A stretch of 60,523 nt of DNA from a virus (taxonomy: Duplodnaviria > Caudoviricetes): positions 1 through 60,523 of the IMG/VR virus record IMGVR_UViG_3300020171_000030, one strand, 5' to 3'. Numbering within the stretch: the first letter of the stretch is position 1; the number at the start of each line of letters is the position of its first letter. The notes under the pieces are model-generated. The model had not been told where the DNA came from. It searched no databases and saw nothing but the letters and a program-made list of their open reading frames with translations. The position numbers and the translations under genes are program-made. Of this stretch, positions 9,198 to 19,105 are shown piece by piece.

Positions 9198-10090
9198 ACT
9201 AATTTTTTATATCTACTCCGGTTAACCATAAAAGTATATGCTTCCGGATAATCCATTTTCATAAACAACCAAGGCATGTTTACCCATTGAGCTAATTTAA
9301 TATACTTGTCGTCATTGTAATGGTCTTCATAACGCATACAGTATGGCCGCAACCACAACTTTTCTTTTATGGCTATATTTTTTAAGGTCCTGAATCTATA
9401 AAGATCTTCCTCAAATGTAGAATTGAACCCAACTAAAACATAAAATCTAAATGATTTAATTTTTGCTTTTTTTAAATTCAATATTCCTTTTTCAATTAAT
9501 AGTTGCTCTTGAATATTATCCCAGGCAAACCATAATTCAGATAATTTAGTTTTTTTTAATTCTTGAGCTATTTCATCGTCTAATAATCTTATATCTAATC
9601 CTTGGTTATATTCACCATAGATTTTTTCTTTTTGTAACTGATGTAATATTAAAATTAAATGAGGTTTAATTGCAGTAGCATTGTTATCAAGAAAAGTTAC
9701 TTTTTTTGATTTACCGTCCCAAATATCATATAAATCTGCTTCTATTCTTATAGGACCTTCTTTCTGTGGAACAATACAAAAAGGACATTTTCTAATACAA
9801 CCGCGAGTAGCAAACCCTAAATTTATATGAGGTTTAACTTTTTCTATTTCTTTAGGAAGTTTTTTATAAATATCATAACCAGAACCGCCGATTTCGGCTT
9901 TGCCTTCGAAGTCTCTACATTTATATTTATTTTTGGTAAAGATACAAGATACATAAGTTTTATCGCAAATAGAAGCCATAAGTTCATTATTCCAAATAAC
10001 TTCATCCTCATTATCTAAATGATATTTTTCTATCTTTTTAAGGGCGAAATTAGGTATTTTAGAATCTATATTAATTAGAAGAACTTTCAT
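9194..10090 (-). CDS. Radical SAM protein
   Basis: TRGCIRKCPFC (CxxxCxxC) motif, LDNN, GLDIRL, YVLVGFN. Confidence 0.9.
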   Translation of the reverse strand: MKVLLINIDSKIPNFALKKIEKYHLDNEDEVIWNNELMASICDKTYVSCIFTKNKYKCRDFEGKAEIGGSGYDIYKKLPKEIEKVKPHINLGFATRGCIRKCPFCIVPQKEGPIRIEADLYDIWDGKSKKVTFLDNNATAIKPHLILILHQLQKEKIYGEYNQGLDIRLLDDEIAQELKKTKLSELWFAWDNIQEQLLIEKGILNLKKAKIKSFRFYVLVGFNSTFEEDLYRFRTLKNIAIKEKLWLRPYCMRYEDHYNDDKYIKLAQWVNMPWLFMKMDYPEAYTFMVNRSRYKKLV

Positions 10091-10382
10091 TTTCTTCCTC
10101 TATACTTTTTATCTTCGCGTCAAATACATCTATAACTCGCTTCACTGTTTCGTTTTGAAGCGCCTTTTGATGCAGATAAATCGGCGCGAGATGTTTCTGT
10201 TCTTCGGCTGTTAATGATTTCCAAATTTCATCCATAGGTTTTTCAAACTTGAGTTCAAAGTTTTGCTTTATTTTAGCCCAGCGCTTTTCGTCTTGTTTCA
10301 GTGTTGCTTCGTTATTAATAATGTAACGAAGTGCCTTGAGAAATCGATCGTAGGATTGCTTGAAGTCTTGGATATTATTCAT
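10071..10382 (-). CDS. Hypothetical protein
   Basis: ORF coupled to radical SAM gene. Confidence 0.55.
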   Translation of the reverse strand: MNNIQDFKQSYDRFLKALRYIINNEATLKQDEKRWAKIKQNFELKFEKPMDEIWKSLTAEEQKHLAPIYLHQKALQNETVKRVIDVFDAKIKSIEEENESSSN

Positions 10383-10399
10383 TTTTGTGTTTCTAAAAT

Positions 10400-10690
10400 A
10401 GCAACGGTTTGGCTACTGTTTTTGGTATAGATTTTTTAGTGCTGAACCGTTGCTGTTTTTTTGAAATTCTTCATTTTAGGCAGTTTTTTGTAACGGTTTA
10501 TTTTTTCAATTTTCCATAACTCGTTGCAATTACTCAATGTTGTAAAAACCGTTACGTGCAAGCCAAAAAGGTATATGAAAGAATTATTTTAAAAAATATA
10601 TAAACATTAAAATAAAAATTAATGTATCATATCCCTGGTGAAACTTTCATAACAGTTTCTCCAAAATTTCCGTAAGTCATTGCAATATAA
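10400..10690. repeat. Non-coding region with inverted/direct repeats, candidate replication origin
   Basis: G(C/T)AACGGTT and its inverse AACCGTT(G/A)C four times (10401, 10445, 10491, 10547); TTTCC(A/G)TAA..C.TTGCAAT twice; AT-rich; downstream of primase-helicase. Confidence 0.4.
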
Positions 10691-10731
10691 CAAAGTCCTG
10701 TTTTTTAGACCAGCCAATAAGCGTTATGGCG

Positions 10732-11160
10732 TTACACGCTAATTTTGAACACGGCTTGCTTACCGCCAGAATGCTTACCAATAGAGATATTTTTATGAAG
10801 TTTAACAAGTAAAAGAATATATTTCTTGACCTTTTCGTACTTCCATCCTGTTAAATTTTCTATATCTTTGTATCGAAACATATTAATATCCGCTTCTTTT
10901 ATTTCTTGATAAAGATTTCTTGCTGTTTTATTTTTTATAATTATATCTGCTTTCTTTTCTATTTTGTTTTTTGCTATTTTTTTTAATCTACTAGATACTT
11001 TGAAATTTAAGTATTCATTTAAAGTAAAAGGATACTTACTTCGGCAGAACTGATGATAATGTCTCTCACAATATCCTTTGGCGTAATGCTTTCTTTTACA
11101 ACTAAGCACTAGGCATTTAACAAATACTTTTTTAAATTCTATTATCCATCCGCCACCCAT
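10732..11160 (-). CDS. Zn-finger + winged-helix DNA-binding protein
   Basis: C...C..HYAKGYC..HY N-terminus; C-terminus aligns by eye to the primase C-terminal domain. Confidence 0.55.
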   Translation of the reverse strand: MGGGWIIEFKKVFVKCLVLSCKRKHYAKGYCERHYHQFCRSKYPFTLNEYLNFKVSSRLKKIAKNKIEKKADIIIKNKTARNLYQEIKEADINMFRYKDIENLTGWKYEKVKKYILLLVKLHKNISIGKHSGGKQAVFKISV

Positions 11161-13752
11161 TTAGTCCTCCAAGAGACCGTCTGGTGCATCTGCCGTAGTC
11201 GGGCTGATTGCTTTCCCGGACAAGGGGTCATAAAATAATTTAGTATCACATTTGAAATGTTCCCAAATATCCTCGATTTTAGGTAGGAAGCCTAGCGTAC
11301 TGCTCGACCATTCTAACCCTCTTTTCGATATCTTAAATGTGGAAGCCTTGCCTCTGCCGCCAACACTGCCTTTTTCTTCATATTCCAGTAGGTTGCCATG
11401 TACTAACACATATACCCATTTTTTTACTTTTTCTACCTTCCAGTCAACATATTCCGCGACATCCTTATACTTAAAGATAAACTCATGCGCTGGGTCTTCC
11501 TGTTCAAAATGAGATTTCATATTATTGATGGCCTTCCAAAGTTCTTCTGCTGAAGGCCCTATTTCATAGATGGTATAAGTTAATATCGACTCTGCAATGG
11601 TTTTGGCTACATAATAATCAGCTAGTGTAGAAATAAGGTGTATGGTGCCTTCCTTTGATTTTTCTTGTTTTCTATGAAATTGGTGCAGTAAGGTAACAAC
11701 TTCTATTAATACCCGAAAGCGTTCTCGGTCTCTTCTTATGCGTACCGGCTTATCCGGAAAGCTAGAAAATACCTCTTTGGCATAGGGAATAATTACTTTA
11801 TAATCAGGATTTAATAAACGCTGGATATTCTTCCATAAGTTCAATTCTTTCTCATCAATCTTGAAAGTTTCCCCCATTGCTTTACGCACTGTGATATCTC
11901 CGATTGCCTGGGTCAACTGTGGTGAGTCATCACTGAATACACTGAAGTTCCGCGTTTCGTTTTCATCGAACATATGCGATTTGGTAGTGGTGATAAGAAA
12001 ACCTACCGGACCTTTGACGCGTTTGGTTACAGTTTCCATGTCTCCGGTAGCTGGGTCTTTTATCGGCATCATCAAAATCAAGTCCCCTTCAGACTGAGCT
12101 GTTCTAATAGAGTAGTCAGCACTTTCTGAGCCTTGCAGTTCGTTGATATAGATAATTCTATGCTGCATCCCATCTTCAGGCAAATGGAAGAAAGCGTTTT
12201 GTGTAGCTCGCGTAATGAAATGGTAACCTTCTTCAGGGATAAGTCTTTGGACATTTGTGCAGGCAAAGGATTTACCACTTGACGCTTCTCCTTTCACTGT
12301 CATAGATAATGGTTCGCTGAGTATCCGTGATGTATAACAGAGGTATACCATTAGCCTTAATGTTTCTTCCCCCATAACTCCCATGCGGTTAGTAAGGTCG
12401 ATGATATGATAAAGAAGATTGGGAGTTGATTCAAGAAACTTAATCGCTTCATTTTTTTCTCCTTCGGTCATGATATAAAGTTGCTTCGGCGCAAGCAACT
12501 TATCATGTTCTTCTTTTTCTAGTTGTTTCTTGACTAAATCTTCTAGTTTAATTAGGTCGCTGTCTATTTCTTCATCCTTGGTTGCAGCAACAAAGCGTTT
12601 CCGGTTTGAGGCCATACTAAGGTTGATGATATCCTTATGAGCAATCTTCCCGGACTTAGATAATGTTAGAGATACTTTGAACTTTCCGGCTTTGGTAAAC
12701 TCAAAATTGGTCAACCGGTATTCATAATCTTTCTTTTTAAAAACCATCGCATCTGGATCTCTGAAAACCATAGTAATAATCCCAGCTTCAATTTGTTCCT
12801 TTCTGACTTGAGAACTGGTTAAAGGGCAAGTTTCTTTATCACAATAAGGTTGTATCAATGCATCGTCGCAGCCATAACTTTTATATCCGCCTTTAAATAC
12901 CGATTTAATAATTTGAGAAAGTTCTTTTTCAACTTGCTGTTTTGTTTTATCTGGCGGGAGTTCTTGTTTAGAATTCCAATTCTCTAATAAAGTTTCTATT
13001 TCATCACTTCCTAACCCACGTTCTTTAAAATGTATTGCAAGCCTGAAAGCAGCGTTATGTCTATGCCCTACATTAACTCCTTGTTTTATTTTTTCGATAC
13101 AAGGCAGTTCTTTGGAATAAACTTTATGTTCTTCAGATGTTTCAGTGATGATGATTTTCTTACGTGCTAATTTTCGCATAAACATCACTGCGGGGATAAT
13201 GCCTGAATCAGTGATTCTAATTTTATGGATATCTTTAACATCATCAATAATAATATTATTCTTATCATTGATGAACACTGTGCGTCCGTTCTTGACATCG
13301 CCGCCGAATAAAGGCAGGTTGATATAGTTCCCATACGGGGCGTTTTCGTTGATTTCATCCTGTTTAGGAAAAATCTCACAAATAATTCCTAATTCTTCTA
13401 AAATGCTTTCAAAAATGAGGCGCGGCTTTACCGCCTCGATTGGTTTATCGAAAAATAGCCAACCGTGTGTTCCTTTACTTTTACTGCGTTCTAACCAGAT
13501 TTTAAGATTAAGATTTTCGAGTCTTTGTTTTATAGTTAATGCTTTATCGAAATTATCTTCATCAAGATCGAAACAGATAAATTTAACCCATTGTTTATCA
13601 TAGATGGGATAAATACCGATTCGCTGTATCCCATCGAGATGGTCTTGATAAATTTTAGTCGTTAAAGTAGACTTCATACAAAAATTGTTCATCCCGAATG
13701 CATCTGCGCGCCCTGAAAATAATTTCATAAAAGCATTAAGATTTTGAGACAT
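11161..13752 (-). CDS. Primase-helicase (AEP/TOTE-type primase + PriCT-like + P-loop NTPase + wHTH)
   Basis: HLDG..RIGIYP, FDLD, ERSKSKGTHGW, GNYINLPL; LPC...G.RH..AF.LA; Walker A GEASSGKS. Confidence 0.9.
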   Translation of the reverse strand: MSQNLNAFMKLFSGRADAFGMNNFCMKSTLTTKIYQDHLDGIQRIGIYPIYDKQWVKFICFDLDEDNFDKALTIKQRLENLNLKIWLERSKSKGTHGWLFFDKPIEAVKPRLIFESILEELGIICEIFPKQDEINENAPYGNYINLPLFGGDVKNGRTVFINDKNNIIIDDVKDIHKIRITDSGIIPAVMFMRKLARKKIIITETSEEHKVYSKELPCIEKIKQGVNVGHRHNAAFRLAIHFKERGLGSDEIETLLENWNSKQELPPDKTKQQVEKELSQIIKSVFKGGYKSYGCDDALIQPYCDKETCPLTSSQVRKEQIEAGIITMVFRDPDAMVFKKKDYEYRLTNFEFTKAGKFKVSLTLSKSGKIAHKDIINLSMASNRKRFVAATKDEEIDSDLIKLEDLVKKQLEKEEHDKLLAPKQLYIMTEGEKNEAIKFLESTPNLLYHIIDLTNRMGVMGEETLRLMVYLCYTSRILSEPLSMTVKGEASSGKSFACTNVQRLIPEEGYHFITRATQNAFFHLPEDGMQHRIIYINELQGSESADYSIRTAQSEGDLILMMPIKDPATGDMETVTKRVKGPVGFLITTTKSHMFDENETRNFSVFSDDSPQLTQAIGDITVRKAMGETFKIDEKELNLWKNIQRLLNPDYKVIIPYAKEVFSSFPDKPVRIRRDRERFRVLIEVVTLLHQFHRKQEKSKEGTIHLISTLADYYVAKTIAESILTYTIYEIGPSAEELWKAINNMKSHFEQEDPAHEFIFKYKDVAEYVDWKVEKVKKWVYVLVHGNLLEYEEKGSVGGRGKASTFKISKRGLEWSSSTLGFLPKIEDIWEHFKCDTKLFYDPLSGKAISPTTADAPDGLLED

Positions 13753-13859
13753 AACAGGCTCCTTATTTATTAAGATAACTTAATTCATCACCCATACCAC
13801 TCCCACACAATAGTAGACCTCATACATCATAGCCATCATCTTATCCCATTCATTCTTAT

Positions 13860-14321
13860 TCATCTCTTCTCCACATTCGGTATCCTCTGCTCATATATAG
13901 TATTAAGTTGAGAGATGGCATCATCCACTTTTCTTTCACCATAGGAAGTCCAGAGGATATTTATTTCTTTCTTCTTCCCCGTTAAATATAGTTTAAGTAG
14001 ATTGGTTAATACTTCCCTCACCTTCTCATCCCTCGATTTCTGGGGTTCTTCGGACACTTGGGATTGCTTCATCATCGCCAATTTGCAGAGGTGCAAGGCT
14101 TCGTTGAAATTGTCAATTCTACAACCACAATATGATGCTGGTTCAGCTACCATATCACAATTACAAAACTTTTTCTCTCTTTCCTCTGGCATCCCCTTTA
14201 CATTGAGGTATTGCTGGGCGAGGTCAATAAGTAATTTTATTTCTTTCACTCTCATTCTTGCACTACTGTCATACCACTTTTGAACTTGTTCCACCGCCTC
14301 TTTTATCCCTTGCTCATTCAT
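13860..14321 (-). CDS. Hypothetical protein
   Basis: ORF on early strand with RBS. Confidence 0.5.
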   Translation of the reverse strand: MNEQGIKEAVEQVQKWYDSSARMRVKEIKLLIDLAQQYLNVKGMPEEREKKFCNCDMVAEPASYCGCRIDNFNEALHLCKLAMMKQSQVSEEPQKSRDEKVREVLTNLLKLYLTGKKKEINILWTSYGERKVDDAISQLNTIYEQRIPNVEKR

Positions 14322-15106
14322 TTTCCGCCTCCGAGTTCTTCTATGGTGATGCAGACTTCCGTATCAGCAAATCCCAATTCATATTCTCTGTTCTCTGGGA
14401 TAACTAATTCTTTAAAACCACCAGCAGGATGTTCCTTTTTCTTAAAATTATATTCCCATTCGTGATTAACCCAAACAACAAACCTTTTCCTCCTACCCTT
14501 TGCCATTTTTAACCCTCCTGTGAGTGTTCGTCCTTTGTTGCCAAGTTTTCTGGCTTATAATCTTCACAATTTAGATATGGATAACCAGGACATCTCCTAA
14601 GCACATTAACCCCTAAGTTACATTCTAACTGATATCCATCACGATTATGCACTTGCCATACACATCTTTCTTTCACTTCTTCCCCTCCTGTAAATTTGGG
14701 TTTAAATATTCATCTTTATAAGCAGGGTCATAATTCCAAACCTTTTCAACATTGATTTTTGTTTCCTTGAGAGGCGTTTCACTTGTTCCTAAAACCTCTC
14801 GTCCATTTTTCCACCAAGCAAATGCGGTAAGACCATCAATAAAACCTTGTTTATATTCTTTCACTTCTTCCCCTCCTGTTCAAAAAGGTTGGCAATCTCT
14901 CTCACATTCCCCCCTTATCCCATTCATTAAGAAAAGATTGTCTTACTTCTGGACTTCCAGCAATTTTTGAGGCTAACTTTCTTATCACTTTCTCGTCTTT
15001 TGGACTAATGATATAAAATAATTTTGCCCAACTCTTTTCTAAAAGAAAAAAATTAATAATAATATCAGTAATAGACTTCACTATTTCCTTCATCTCCCCT
15101 CCTTTT

Positions 15107-15373
15107 TTACCCCTGGGCTATGGCGGATTCTAAAATTTGTTCTATGGGAGACTTTGTTTCTTCTCCCGTGGTAGTTAATTCATATCCACTCTCTACACAT
15201 AAAAATCTTCCCGTAATCTGTGCTGCATTTACAAATTTAGTTAGTTTCTTTCGGGCTTCTTTTTGGCTTCTTCCCTTAAAAACATAATCGGTTCTTTTCC
15301 ACGGAGAAAAAAGAAAAGATTGGTCTCTTAAACTTCGTTGCCACCACATATAATATGTTTTAAATTTATTCAT
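15107..15373 (-). CDS. Hypothetical protein ending within a repeat element (…SAIAQG*)
   Basis: GAGG RBS; stop codon lies inside the R repeat. Confidence 0.55.
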   Translation of the reverse strand: MNKFKTYYMWWQRSLRDQSFLFSPWKRTDYVFKGRSQKEARKKLTKFVNAAQITGRFLCVESGYELTTTGEETKSPIEQILESAIAQG

Positions 15374-15945
15374 TTTAACCTCTCTTTGTGGTATCTTTAC
15401 CCTTGGGCTGATGGCAGTTGGTCTGCAATATTCTCACCATTGAACCTCATATTTGGCTACCACGCCACACCAGCCCAGAGGGTTATTTTCTTTTTAGTTG
15501 ATAAAATTTATCTTTACTCGGCACTTTCTCCATTATCCAGTCGGCGGCGGCTTGGGATAAAATTCTTAGTAATGCTTTAGAATATTTAGATGTCTCTATG
15601 TCTATATATTTATAACAAATCTTCTCAATCTCCGCCGCTATCTTTGATTTTGTGTCCATTAGTTTTATCCTTTTCTTATAATAAATTCTCCATAAATATA
15701 TTTTGTAGTTTTAACTCCTATTATTTTTCTCATTTAATTACCTCCCAGTTTTATTCGTTGTCGTCAGGTTTTCCGTCTTCGTATGTATAACAAGTCGGCG
15801 TATTATTTGTCGAAGCGTCAATTTCTGTTTCATCATTGCTACATTGAAAACGATTTACACCTTCTTTTTCCCCTTTATCTTGGTTATAAATACAATCTGT
15901 CATATTACAGGTTATTATTTTATTCATTCTTCACCTCCTCCTTTT

Positions 15946-16485
15946 TTACCCCTGGGCTGATGGCAGGGATAAATCCACAAAATTTAATTGATTGGGTAAA
16001 TTTAATTTCCAACAAAACCAAGCAACCTGAAACCAAGCACCTGATCCTTTACCTGATGGAGTAATGAAATTTATTCTTTTATTTGGAATAATTAACTCTA
16101 TACCGTATCTTTTATATAACGAACCTCTCTTTTTCCCTTCAAGTGCAGTTAAAGGTAAAAGAAAAGCAAATGGACTATTTAATTTATAAGCTCTCGCTAA
16201 AAATTTATCTTTGAGAGAATAAGGTGGATTTGTAATTATACAATCATAAGGAAAAGACATTGAATCTGTAAGAAAGTCAAGCCGATGTCCATATTTTCCA
16301 TTTATATCTGTTCCTAAAACCTTAAATCCTGCTTCTTCTAAAAATGTATATAAGTTGCCATTCCCCCAAGCACACTCCCATATTTGCCAATCTTTTTTAA
16401 GATAGGGCAATAGTATATCAAGTGCTTCTTTGGGTGTTTGAAAATTGTCAGGACGACCATTACTTTGTATATTAAGTTTTTTCAT
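15946..16485 (-). CDS. DNA N6-adenine methyltransferase (small, phage type)
   Basis: FQTP, WECAWGNG SAM-binding motif, IITNPPYS catalytic motif. Confidence 0.85.
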   Translation of the reverse strand: MKKLNIQSNGRPDNFQTPKEALDILLPYLKKDWQIWECAWGNGNLYTFLEEAGFKVLGTDINGKYGHRLDFLTDSMSFPYDCIITNPPYSLKDKFLARAYKLNSPFAFLLPLTALEGKKRGSLYKRYGIELIIPNKRINFITPSGKGSGAWFQVAWFCWKLNLPNQLNFVDLSLPSAQG

Positions 16486-16915
16486 CCTTATCCTTTCCGA
16501 GCCACACCAGCCCAGAGGGTTATTTTCTTTTCAACATATAAAACCTATCCTTCCAATCCTGGTCTTCAAGTTTTCTGCGACAAGAACAGCCGTGGTCTGA
16601 GCCACAATATCCACAAACTTTAATCTTCTTAAGTTTATTCTTTTCCATATTATAATCCTCATATACCTGTGGCAGTTCTAATGCTAAACTTATACTATCT
16701 ATTTTATCTAAATCGTTCATTTTATTTATCATATCTGTTATTATCCCCATAAAGTAACGAAGAAATAGAAACTGGAAAAGGGTTTCTTCGAGGCAATAAA
16801 GGAGGTGCGGTATGTCTTTGCAGACGATATGCACCGCTAACGAGCATGGGATCTCGTTCCGTTTCTGCCTGAAGGGTCAATTCTTACTTTATGGGAGATG
16901 TCAACATTTTAAATC

Positions 16916-17650
16916 TTACTCGGTTTTATCTTCTTCTGTCAACTCTACATCGATGTCTTTCTTCCTGCGGTAAAGCATATCAAAAAAATTCTTGGCTATC
17001 ATATACTCTTCATCTTCACAACGCCTGTTGAAATTGATTACCGGCACGGCGTAAGTTCCTTTATCCCCTTTAACGATTTCTGATTTTAGTGTATACACTC
17101 TAGCGAACATATCTTCACCGGAGAACCGAGCCATTGAAAGAAGTTCTTTCGCTGTCTTTATTGCGGTACGCATTAGAGAAAGAGAAATCGGGAACTGGTT
17201 GAGTTTACCGACAAGCATTACTGGAAAGTTGTATACTATGCTGAATGTAGGCGGCTGATCCCCATCCCAATCTGAACCTGGGACTTCTTCGACCGGCCTA
17301 TCTAAGTATTCAGAGAACTCATCAATCGCCATAGTTACGGTTACGTTGTCTCGCGACATCATTACTAACCCTCTTTCAATATCGAATTGAGCCCGAGTCT
17401 TAAACATGAACAACGGGATAAAATCAATCTCGTCTCCGTAAACTTCTTTAGTCAAGGAATTACCGAGTTGCCCCATTCTTGCCTTGCCGTCAATAACAAC
17501 TTCTGAAAGACCTTGCAGTATAGATAACCTGGCAATTTTGATATCCCCTTCCTCTATTTCGTCAAAACCTGCAGGTAGATTTTTTTCTCCGGAGATACGC
17601 GGTACGAGAGCGCCTTCCTTTTTTATTTCTAACTCTTTATCTTTATCCAT
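16916..17650 (-). CDS. Putative ssDNA-binding / recombination protein
   Basis: GFDEIEEGDIKIARLSILQGLS N-terminus, acidic C-terminal tail, replication context. Confidence 0.45.
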   Translation of the reverse strand: MDKDKELEIKKEGALVPRISGEKNLPAGFDEIEEGDIKIARLSILQGLSEVVIDGKARMGQLGNSLTKEVYGDEIDFIPLFMFKTRAQFDIERGLVMMSRDNVTVTMAIDEFSEYLDRPVEEVPGSDWDGDQPPTFSIVYNFPVMLVGKLNQFPISLSLMRTAIKTAKELLSMARFSGEDMFARVYTLKSEIVKGDKGTYAVPVINFNRRCEDEEYMIAKNFFDMLYRRKKDIDVELTEEDKTE

Positions 17651-17663
17651 TTGAACCCTCCTT

Positions 17664-18062
17664 TTATCCCATTTGTATTGTTATCGTTGGTTTAAAATAA
17701 TACGCGAACACATCTGGAGGTATTGGTTCTCCAGCTTTTAATTTTTCAGAGATAAAAGAAGTTAATGTGCGGTTGTGAATACTAGGCTTTATTAAATCTT
17801 TTCTCCCGCATATCTCATCTATCCAGCGAAACGCTTCTTCTTTTTTGTCTGGTAGAATACTTGCAAATAAAGGTTCCTTTCGGATAACCAAACATTTAAA
17901 TGCTGAACTGCAAAATGTTTTCAGTTCATGGTCATCCATGTATTCTACTAGAGCCATCTCTGCTTTGTCTTTCACCTCTTTGGCCTCCGACAAAGTAGCA
18001 TCTATTTCTTCTACTCTTTGCCGTGCATTAAGGATAGCTTCTAACAGCTCGTTCTCTTTCAT
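17664..18062 (-). CDS. Coiled-coil phage protein (Gp157/Gam-like)
   Basis: N-terminal coiled coil, IH..TL..FI.E....GEPIPP C-terminus. Confidence 0.5.
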   Translation of the reverse strand: MKENELLEAILNARQRVEEIDATLSEAKEVKDKAEMALVEYMDDHELKTFCSSAFKCLVIRKEPLFASILPDKKEEAFRWIDEICGRKDLIKPSIHNRTLTSFISEKLKAGEPIPPDVFAYYFKPTITIQMG

Positions 18063-18963
18063 AAAGTTTCATCTCCTTTCGGTATTCCTTTTCTGTCTTT
18101 TTCCATTTACTATTATTACAATGTGGACATGCTGGTGCTAAGTTTCTATATTCATTTGTCCCTCCTCTCGTTAAAGGTATCTTATGTTCCAAGTGGTCAT
18201 TACCGAATTTAATAGGATTTAAACAAAGGTAACAGGTCAAGGTACCGTATCTTTTAATATTGTTTTCATAAACTCGCTGAATAGTTTTAATAGTTAATTT
18301 ACCAGCTTTTCTCATTAATAACCTTCTTTTTTGAGTATACATTTTATTTCTTATTCTTATTAGCGGATTATTTTTTACAGATTCTCTTCTACGCTTATTT
18401 AAAAAATCTTTATTTTTCTGATAAAATAAGTTTTGGCATAATCTTATTTTTACCTTATTTTTTTGATAATACAATTTATCCCAAATTGGTTTTTGTTTTA
18501 ATAATCTTTTTCTATTTTTCTGTCGATATTTTTTATTGTATTCTTTAATATAATTTCTATTTTTCTTACGCCATTGAGATAACCAAAGTTTTACTTTTTC
18601 TTTATTTTTTATGCGATATTTTTTAAGGATATCTTTACGTCTATTATATATTTGCTTTCCATATTTTTGTTGATAAAGACGATAATACAATGCTATTCTT
18701 TTTTTATTTTTCTTATAATAAAGATAACTTTGTATTGCTCTTTTCTTTTTGTTTTTTTGATGCCATTGTTTATGATATTGGCTTATTTTATCTTTATTTT
18801 GATAATAGTAACGCTTATGATAAACAAGTATTTTTTCTCTATTTTTATCATGATACCGTTTTGAAATTAGTTTTATTTTATCTTTATTTTTTTGTCGCCA
18901 TTGCTTTTGGTATTCTTTATTTTCTTGTCGCCACTGTTTATTGTATTCTTTTTTATCAAACAT
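18028..18963 (-). CDS. HNH homing endonuclease with basic helical repeats
   Basis: CYLC...HLEHKIPL.RGG.N...NLAPACPHCNNSK; repeated Y/W.QKNK units. Confidence 0.9.
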   Translation of the reverse strand: MFDKKEYNKQWRQENKEYQKQWRQKNKDKIKLISKRYHDKNREKILVYHKRYYYQNKDKISQYHKQWHQKNKKKRAIQSYLYYKKNKKRIALYYRLYQQKYGKQIYNRRKDILKKYRIKNKEKVKLWLSQWRKKNRNYIKEYNKKYRQKNRKRLLKQKPIWDKLYYQKNKVKIRLCQNLFYQKNKDFLNKRRRESVKNNPLIRIRNKMYTQKRRLLMRKAGKLTIKTIQRVYENNIKRYGTLTCYLCLNPIKFGNDHLEHKIPLTRGGTNEYRNLAPACPHCNNSKWKKTEKEYRKEMKLYERERAVRSYP

Positions 18964-19077
18964 TTTTTAAATAAGAAAAGGCAGCTTTCAGGTATCAAAA
19001 GGAAAAGCGGTTAAGCTTCTCTAACCCTACGGCTGCCTTATTAGACATAAAAATACCGCCTTCCTTTTGATGAATTT

Positions 19078-19105
19078 AGTATAACAGATTATAAATTTTT
19101 GTCAA
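19078..19105 (-). promoter_or_regulatory. Sigma70-type promoter for the HNH gene
   Basis: TTGACA-16bp-TATACT with extended -10 TG on minus strand. Confidence 0.7.

Larger units (their letters stand above)
15107..16531. repeat. Dispersed L/R repeat family flanking gene cassettes
   Basis: R = TTACCC(C/T)TGGGCT(G)ATGGC at 15107, 15397, 15946; L = GCCACACCAGCCCAGAGGGTTATTTTCTTT at 15464 and 16501; L and R are imperfect inverted complements. Confidence 0.8.

Noticed and set aside
15107-16531. IS/MITE or true integron
   Set aside because: No transposase or integron integrase in the window and no target-site duplication or canonical attC core recognised; kept only as an unexplained repeat system
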